This document shows, one piece after another, positions 14,333 through 20,356 of a stretch of 24,000 nucleotides of DNA. The notes under the pieces were generated by a model. It worked only from the letters and a program-made list of their open reading frames with translations, was not told the origin of the DNA and ran no database searches. The stretch's first letter is position 1. Every line of letters starts with the position of its first letter. The DNA lies in contig JBAZJB010000001.1 of the NCBI GenBank assembly GCA_041651575.1, forward strand, positions 742,450 through 766,449, written 5' to 3'. The stretch comes from Candidatus Nanoarchaeia archaeon. Lineage in GTDB: Archaea; Nanobdellota; Nanobdellia; SCGC-AAA011-G17; JAFCDX01. Position numbers and translations under genes: made by a program.

Positions 14333-14728
14333 ATGAAAATGAAGAAAAAAGAGGATGTTAGAGATTATATTATTTTAGTTTTAATCATTTCTGTTTGCGC
14401 ATTTTTTATATTGGGTTTTATAAATTTTACAACAGGAAATGTTCTTTTAAAAAGAAGTTGTAATGATACAGATGGAGGATATAATCCTTTTGTAAAAGGT
14501 ACAGTGACCGCAGTAAGCAAAGGACGTTATGCTTTTGAAGAAAAAACAGATTATTGTGTATATATGCAAGTTGGACCAAATGAAGAAAATAAATATCCTG
14601 CAGTAAAAGAATATTTCTGTGGCTCAGATCCAGAAAGTACCAAATCTCAAGATTTTACTTATAGCCAATATAATGATAAATTAGTTATTTGTAATAATGG
14701 TTGTAAAGACGGAGCCTGCATAGAATAA
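14333..14728 (+). CDS. small secreted six-cysteine-module protein, paralogue 5 (131 aa)
   Basis: Signal or anchor YIILVLIISVCAFFILGFINFTTG|N. Module motifs are CNDTDGGYNPFVKGTVT...TDYC...VKEYFC...ICNNGCKDGAC. Confidence 0.85.
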   Translation: MKMKKKEDVRDYIILVLIISVCAFFILGFINFTTGNVLLKRSCNDTDGGYNPFVKGTVTAVSKGRYAFEEKTDYCVYMQVGPNEENKYPAVKEYFCGSDPESTKSQDFTYSQYNDKLVICNNGCKDGACIE

Positions 14729-14729
14729 A

Positions 14730-15098
14730 ATGGCAAAAAAATTCAACAAAGAAATTTTATTATCGGCTTTATTATTAATAACTTTAGTTCTTTTATTAGT
14801 TTTTGGAGTAACTCAATTTACTACAACAAGTAATGTTCTTGTTGGTTGCGATAAATCTTGTGAAGATAATGATCAAGGAAGTATTAATTTAAAAGGAACT
14901 GTTTCAGTAAGAGGAGATGATTGTAATTTGCGTGAAAGAACAGATTATTGTATAGATGAATATAGATTAAAAGAATATAATTGTGATTCTACCAATTCTT
15001 TAAATTTCCAAACAATGATAGTTTATTGTGAAGAAAAATGTTTTAATGGTGTTTGTTTAACTGAAAAACAGACTTTAGAATACCAAGGTTTAGAGTAA
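14730..15098 (+). CDS. small secreted six-cysteine-module protein, paralogue 6 (122 aa, divergent, extra Cys)
   Basis: Signal or anchor ILLSALLLITLVLLLVFGV. Module motifs are CEDNDQGSINLKGTVS...TDYC...LKEYNC...YCEEKCFNGVC, followed by a short C-terminal tail. Confidence 0.8.
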   Translation: MAKKFNKEILLSALLLITLVLLLVFGVTQFTTTSNVLVGCDKSCEDNDQGSINLKGTVSVRGDDCNLRERTDYCIDEYRLKEYNCDSTNSLNFQTMIVYCEEKCFNGVCLTEKQTLEYQGLE

Positions 15099-15137
15099 TA
15101 TAGTTAGTTTTTTATACTTATTTCTAATAAAAAACCT

Positions 15138-15617
15138 ATGGAAAATAGGAATAAAATAGAATCTGTATTATTTATATTAGGAAGACCTTTATCTGTACAG
15201 GAAATAGCTGGGTTAACAGGTATAGGTTCTCATGGATTAATTGCTCAAAAATTACTTGAATTAAAAGATGAATATACTAAAAGACAAGGACCTTTAGAAT
15301 TAGTAAATGAAACAGAAAAATGGAAGCTTTGTTTAAAAAAAGAATATTTATATCTAAGTGAAAAATTGTTATCGGATTCTGAATTAGATTTTCCTACACA
15401 AGAAACTTTGGCAGTAGTTGCATATAAACAACCTGTTTTACAAGCAGAAATTATAAAAATAAGGGGAAATAAAGCATACGATCATATTCATTTCTTAAAA
15501 GAAAATAATTTTATTACTTCAGAAAAATCAGGGAGAACAAGATTATTAAAATTAACTCAAAAATTCTTTGATTATTTTGATGTAGTAGATAATAATCTAA
15601 AATTAAAAAATGAATAA
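15138..15617 (+). CDS. scpB: segregation and condensation protein B (ScpB)-like, short form
   Basis: IESVLFILGRPLSVQEIAGLTG...TQETLAVVAYKQPVLQAEIIKIRG...SGRTRLLKLTQKFFDYF is the double winged-helix ScpB pattern. Confidence 0.75.
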   Translation: MENRNKIESVLFILGRPLSVQEIAGLTGIGSHGLIAQKLLELKDEYTKRQGPLELVNETEKWKLCLKKEYLYLSEKLLSDSELDFPTQETLAVVAYKQPVLQAEIIKIRGNKAYDHIHFLKENNFITSEKSGRTRLLKLTQKFFDYFDVVDNNLKLKNE

Positions 15618-17073
15618 AATATATAAAATACTTTTGTTGGTTTTATTTTTGTTTGTATTTTTATTTAGATTGAACTTTTCTTTATCTTCTCCAGAAAATT
15701 CTTTTTCAGATGATACTTCTTATTTTAATTTGAGACAAGCAGATTATGTTAAAGAAAATTTAAAACCAATGACTTACGATGAATTAAGTTATTCAGGTAA
15801 GCCAGTAAATAATTCACCTTTATTTTCGTATTTTTTGGCAGGAATTTCATTTATTCCTTGGGGCAGTAAAATAATTTTACAATTTTTTATGTCCTTATTA
15901 GTAATTCTTGCCTATTTAATATCAAAACAAATAATCAATGATGAAAGATCTGCATTAATTTCTGCATTCATTGCAGGGTTTGTGCCTTTAGCAATTAGAG
16001 AAACTTTAAACAAGATTTCGGTTTATTGTATTGTTTTTCCTTTAGTATTTTTTATGCTTTATTGCATTTTAAATATTGATAAAAAAGTATATTTTGGTTT
16101 ATTTTTATTATCTTCATTTATACTAACATTATTGAGTCCAATTTCTATTTTAATATCCTCTTTCTTTATAATTTATTTCATCTTTTCTTATGCAGAAGAT
16201 TCTGAATTAAACAAAAAAGAAATAATTTTAATATTATCTTTTTTAATAATAACCTTTATAACAAATTTATTAATCTATAAAAATTCTTTATTAAATTATG
16301 GAATAAGCGTATTATGGAACAACCTTCCTAGTTCATTATCTGTGGCTTCTTTTAAACAAATAAATATTTTTTCTATAATGTATCATTTAGGTTACATTCC
16401 TTTAATATTCGGATTTATAACTATTTATAAAGGAATTACAAAATATAAAAAGAAAGCAATATTTTTAGTATCTTCTTTATTAATAACAAATTTAATTTTA
16501 CTTTCATTAAAAATGATTAATTTTTATACTGCTTTAGTTTTTATTGGCTTATCCGCTTCAATACTATCTTCATTGACCATTTATAACTTTTTTAAATATT
16601 TGCAATTAACAAAAGTAGCACATTGGAATAAATTACTTTTAAGTGCTTTTGTAATTTTATTAATATTATTTTCAGTTTATCCTTCATTTACTATGGCAAA
16701 AAATACTGCTAGTCAAGTTCCTAGTAATATGGAAATAGAATCATTAGAATGGATAAAACAAGATTCTAAAGATTTAAATGAGGTGGTTATTGGAACGATT
16801 TATGAAGGTAATTTAATTAATTATTTTTCCGGAAAGAAAAACTTTTTTGATACAAATTTTTTGTTAGCTCCAAATCCAGAGAAAAGATTAGTTGACACAA
16901 ATATTTTATTTAGTTCTAATTCAGAAGAAAGAATAATCTCAAAAATGAAAGAGAATAATATAAAATACATTTTTTTATCAGATAAGACTAAAAAACTATA
17001 TCAAGTAGACAATAAGAAGTTTGATACAGGCTGTTTTGAAAAGAACTTATTAGTTTATAAGTTGGTTTGTTAA
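15610..17073 (+). CDS. polytopic membrane protein, GT-C-fold glycosyltransferase-like (possible divergent AglB/STT3 or GT39-like enzyme)
   Basis: About 12-13 hydrophobic helices followed by a ~130-aa soluble C-terminal domain. The first loop reads SDDTSYFNLRQ (compare the STT3 DPYFNYR motif). The C-terminal domain reads LEWIKQDSKDLNEVVIGTIYEGNLINYFSGKKNFFD, laid out like the region around WWDYG in oligosaccharyltransferases, but with a degenerate motif. The start overlaps the scpB stop (ATGAATAA). Confidence 0.45.
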   Translation: MNKIYKILLLVLFLFVFLFRLNFSLSSPENSFSDDTSYFNLRQADYVKENLKPMTYDELSYSGKPVNNSPLFSYFLAGISFIPWGSKIILQFFMSLLVILAYLISKQIINDERSALISAFIAGFVPLAIRETLNKISVYCIVFPLVFFMLYCILNIDKKVYFGLFLLSSFILTLLSPISILISSFFIIYFIFSYAEDSELNKKEIILILSFLIITFITNLLIYKNSLLNYGISVLWNNLPSSLSVASFKQINIFSIMYHLGYIPLIFGFITIYKGITKYKKKAIFLVSSLLITNLILLSLKMINFYTALVFIGLSASILSSLTIYNFFKYLQLTKVAHWNKLLLSAFVILLILFSVYPSFTMAKNTASQVPSNMEIESLEWIKQDSKDLNEVVIGTIYEGNLINYFSGKKNFFDTNFLLAPNPEKRLVDTNILFSSNSEERIISKMKENNIKYIFLSDKTKKLYQVDNKKFDTGCFEKNLLVYKLVC

Positions 17074-17089
17074 TATTCAGGGGGTTAAA

Positions 17090-18325
17090 ATGTTTGAAAT
17101 ATATATATGGATATTGTGTTTCATTTCACTATATGTATCTATCTTTTGGTTAATTATAGTTGGTTTAGGGGAGCCAAAAGAACCGCAGCCATTAAAAGAA
17201 ATTCCTAAAGTTACTGTAGTTGTTCCTGCATATAATGAAGAAAAAAATATAGCAAAAACCTTAGATTCTATACTTAATTTAGATTATCCTAAAGATAAAT
17301 TAAAAATAATTGTAGCAGATGATGCTTCTACAGATAATACTCCTTTAATTATAAAAGAATATTGTAAAAAACATAAAAATATTAAATTAATTCAAAATAA
17401 AATTAATAGTGGAAATGCAGCAGGAACATTGAATGCATCCTTACAACAAATTGATACTGAATTCTTTGCAAGAGTTGATTCTGATTCTTTTGTAGATAAA
17501 AATTCTTTAAAATTAATTATAAATCATTTTTCAGATCCAGAAATTGGTGCTATAATTAGTTCGGTTTTGATAAATAATGATATAAATTATTTAGGTAGAA
17601 TACAAAGATTAGAATATATTTTATCGAGTTTTGTTAGAAAATTAATTTCTAGAATTGGAGCATTACATATGACACATGGAGTTATGACTGTTTATAGGAC
17701 AAACTTAATTAAAAAATTAGGAGGTTTTGATAAAAATAATTTAACAGAAGATTTAGAAGTTGCATTGAAATTGAGATACAATAAATATAATGTAATTATA
17801 GAACCAAGAAGCATTAATTATACTAATGGTCCTTTAAATCTAAAAGCCTTTTGGAAGCAAAGAGTTAGATGGTTTAGGGGTTTTATTACAAATAATTGGA
17901 AATATAAAAAGATGTTTTTCAATAAAAATTATGGTTTAATTGGGTTGTTTCAATTACCTTTAAATGTTACAACTATGCTAATGGTTTTGTTTTCATTTAT
18001 TTTATTTGCTTATCAATTTTTAAGATATGTATATACTACTTTAATAAAAATAATTACTTTGGGTTTTGGAATGTTTGATTTTATAATAGAATGGCCTTCT
18101 GTAAAAGATTTTATTTTAAGTTTAGATATAAGGATTTGGTTCCCTGTAATTGCAAGTTTTATATTTGGTTTTTATATCTATATTTATGCCCATAAATACT
18201 TTAATCAGAAGTGGAAATTCCATTTCATTACACTTATATATTTATTGTTATACCCTATGTTAAGGAGCCTACAGTGGATGAATGCCTTTGTTTTAGAGGC
18301 TTTTGGGGCTAAGAGGAAATGGTAA
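17090..18325 (+). CDS. processive family-2 glycosyltransferase (IcaA/PgaC/NodC/chitin-synthase-like), membrane-integrated
   Basis: The GT2 core has VVVPAYNEE, DDASTDNT, DSDS, TEDLE and the processive-synthase signature QRVRWFRG (QxxRW). There is one N-terminal and about four C-terminal TM helices. The 411-aa length resembles IcaA/PgaC-type synthases. Confidence 0.8.
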   Translation: MFEIYIWILCFISLYVSIFWLIIVGLGEPKEPQPLKEIPKVTVVVPAYNEEKNIAKTLDSILNLDYPKDKLKIIVADDASTDNTPLIIKEYCKKHKNIKLIQNKINSGNAAGTLNASLQQIDTEFFARVDSDSFVDKNSLKLIINHFSDPEIGAIISSVLINNDINYLGRIQRLEYILSSFVRKLISRIGALHMTHGVMTVYRTNLIKKLGGFDKNNLTEDLEVALKLRYNKYNVIIEPRSINYTNGPLNLKAFWKQRVRWFRGFITNNWKYKKMFFNKNYGLIGLFQLPLNVTTMLMVLFSFILFAYQFLRYVYTTLIKIITLGFGMFDFIIEWPSVKDFILSLDIRIWFPVIASFIFGFYIYIYAHKYFNQKWKFHFITLIYLLLYPMLRSLQWMNAFVLEAFGAKRKW

Positions 18326-18326
18326 A

Positions 18327-18977
18327 ATGCCAAAGATAAGAAAAGATATTTTTATAACAGCACTAGTAATTACTTTAGCTATATTTCTATTAGGATTTTA
18401 TACTGCAAAAATTTGGGATGATTTAAGAACGAGTGATGTTGCTTATAATTTAAACCAAAATAATTTAGATATAATCAGCATATTTGTTGAACAACAATTC
18501 TTAGAATCTTTAGATATAGGGGATTGTGTTTTAATGAAAGAAAGACTTTCTTCAAGTTCTGGAAATTTATATGATTTAGGACAGAGGTTAATGGAATATG
18601 ATGATAAAAATTTATTAAAAGAAAAAGAATATGACTCATTAAGAGAACAATATTTTTTACTTGAAATAAGAGCTTATTCTCTTTTCATAGATTATAATAA
18701 AAAATGTGATAATAAACAAAATATTATTTTATATTTTTATGATTTAGAAGATGATAATTCAGTAAAGCAAGGATATGTTTTAGACAATTTAGCAAATAGA
18801 CAAGATATTAATATTAAGATATTTTCTATAGATAGACAATTTGATGAGCCAACTTTGAATTTAGTAAAGAATTATTATAATATAACAAAAGCACCAACAA
18901 TAATAGTAAACAATAAAGATAAAAAAGAAGGTTTTACAAGCGTTGGAGAAGTATTTGCTCTTGTAAAAAATGAATAA
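18327..18977 (+). CDS. single-pass membrane protein with an extracytoplasmic domain (possibly thioredoxin-like fold, no CxxC)
   Basis: TM helix is IFITALVITLAIFLLGFYTA. The C-terminal ...ILYFYD...KAPTIIVNNKDKKEGFTSVGEVFALV loosely resembles the end of a thioredoxin fold. I prefer ATG 18327 to the track's TTG 18303 because it starts 1 nt after the GT2 stop. Confidence 0.5.
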   Translation: MPKIRKDIFITALVITLAIFLLGFYTAKIWDDLRTSDVAYNLNQNNLDIISIFVEQQFLESLDIGDCVLMKERLSSSSGNLYDLGQRLMEYDDKNLLKEKEYDSLREQYFLLEIRAYSLFIDYNKKCDNKQNIILYFYDLEDDNSVKQGYVLDNLANRQDINIKIFSIDRQFDEPTLNLVKNYYNITKAPTIIVNNKDKKEGFTSVGEVFALVKNE

Positions 18978-19446
18978 TTGTGCAGTTTGTAATAAAAAGG
19001 AATGTGAAACAAGAGAAGCTATTTTTGAAGGAGTTTTAATTAAAGCTTGTGCTAATTGTATTGCTCTTGGAAAAGCCGTTGAGATAAAACCAAAAGAAAT
19101 TGAAGAAAAAGTTATGGAATTACAAAAACAAGAAGAAAACGAAATGATCGTTCCTGATTTCTCTTCAAGAATTAAAAATGCTAGATTAAAATTAAATTGG
19201 ACAGAAGAAGATTTAGCTAATAAAATGTATGATAGAATTATTACCGTTAGAAATTTAGAATCTAATAAAATGGTTCCTACTTTTAGAATGGCTAAGAATT
19301 TAGAAAGATTGTTAAGTATAAAATTGATAGATACTTTTAAGGCATATTATGTTAATCCTGTAACTAATAAACCGAGCCTAAATTTGAAAGATGGAACTCT
19401 TAAAATAGGGGATTTGTTAAATATAAAAGAGAAGCGAAAGGTTTAA
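18970..19446 (+). CDS. archaeal multiprotein bridging factor 1 (MBF1): N-terminal zinc ribbon plus XRE-type HTH
   Basis: CAVCNKKEC...CANC zinc-ribbon cysteines. HTH is IKNARLKLNWTEEDLANKMYDRIITVRNLESNKMVPTFRMAKNLERLL. The start overlaps the upstream stop (ATGAATAA). Confidence 0.8.
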   Translation: MNNCAVCNKKECETREAIFEGVLIKACANCIALGKAVEIKPKEIEEKVMELQKQEENEMIVPDFSSRIKNARLKLNWTEEDLANKMYDRIITVRNLESNKMVPTFRMAKNLERLLSIKLIDTFKAYYVNPVTNKPSLNLKDGTLKIGDLLNIKEKRKV

Positions 19447-19485
19447 AAAAGAACTATATACTAAATTATCTATATTTAAAGAAAA

Positions 19486-19743
19486 ATGGAACTTAATATT
19501 TTAGAAGAAACCAAAACAAAATTGAAATTTGAAATCAAGGGAGAAAATCATACTCTTTGTAATGCTTTAAGAAAGGAATTAACTAAAAATGCAGATATAG
19601 CAGGTTATAAAGTAGAACATCCTTTGACTAGCAGTCCTGTTTTTATAGTAGAAAGCAAAGATCCTAAAAAATCATTAACAAATACTGTTTCTTCACTTAA
19701 GAAAATAGTAGATGAATTAAGAAAAGAATCTAAAAGATTATAA
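19486..19743 (+). CDS. rpoL: DNA-directed RNA polymerase subunit L (Rpo11)
   Basis: KLKFEIKGENHTLCNALRKEL...IAGYKVEHPLTSSPVFIVES matches the RpoL/Rpb11 family pattern at a typical ~85-aa size. Confidence 0.8.
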   Translation: MELNILEETKTKLKFEIKGENHTLCNALRKELTKNADIAGYKVEHPLTSSPVFIVESKDPKKSLTNTVSSLKKIVDELRKESKRL

Positions 19744-19765
19744 ATTTGAAATTCTTTAGTTTTGC

Positions 19766-20317
19766 ATGAATAAATTAAAAGCTAAGAAATTATTATTTTT
19801 AGCTAGAAAATCCATAGAAACTTATTTTATTGGGAAAAAAGTTGATGAAAAAGAATTAAATCCATTCAAAGAGAAAAAAGGTGTTTTTGTTACTTTATAT
19901 TCTAAAGGAAAATTAAAAGGGTGCATCGGTTTTATTGAACCTCATGATATTCTTGGTAAGAGTGTTGCAGAAGCTGCAAGATTTGCTGCTTTTTCTGATA
20001 ATCGATTTGAATCTTTAAAACAAGGAGAAAAGTTCTCTATAGAAATTTCAATATTAACTAAACCTAAATTGATTAAAGTAAAAAATCCAGAAGAATATTT
20101 GAAAAAAATTAAACTTGGAAAAGATGGATTAATTATAGAATATTTGAGTAGAAAAGGATTATTATTACCTCAAGTTCCAATTGAGCATAAAATGAATTTA
20201 GTTCAGTTTTTAGACTCATTATGTTACAAAGCAGGACTATCAGAAAACTTTTGGAAGGACAAATTTGTAAAAATATACAAATTTCAAGCAGAAATCATAA
20301 AAGAGCATAAAGAATAA
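19766..20317 (+). CDS. AMMECR1 domain protein
   Basis: GVFVTLYSKGKLKGCIGFIEP...EAARFAAFSDNRF...LSRKGLLLPQVP is the AMMECR1 signature (conserved CIG and LLPQV blocks). Confidence 0.85.
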   Translation: MNKLKAKKLLFLARKSIETYFIGKKVDEKELNPFKEKKGVFVTLYSKGKLKGCIGFIEPHDILGKSVAEAARFAAFSDNRFESLKQGEKFSIEISILTKPKLIKVKNPEEYLKKIKLGKDGLIIEYLSRKGLLLPQVPIEHKMNLVQFLDSLCYKAGLSENFWKDKFVKIYKFQAEIIKEHKE

Positions 20318-20356
20318 ATTTTATATACAGCTTATTGTTATTAAATATAAGAAGAG

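Noticed and set aside
15604-15617. Identical 14-nt gene junction TAAAAAATGAATAA at 15604..15617 and 18964..18977, where the start ATG overlaps the upstream stop TAA
   Set aside because: The junction is real and consistent with translational coupling. However, a short A/T-only string recurring twice in a ~30% GC genome is plausibly coincidence, and nothing suggests a repeat element.
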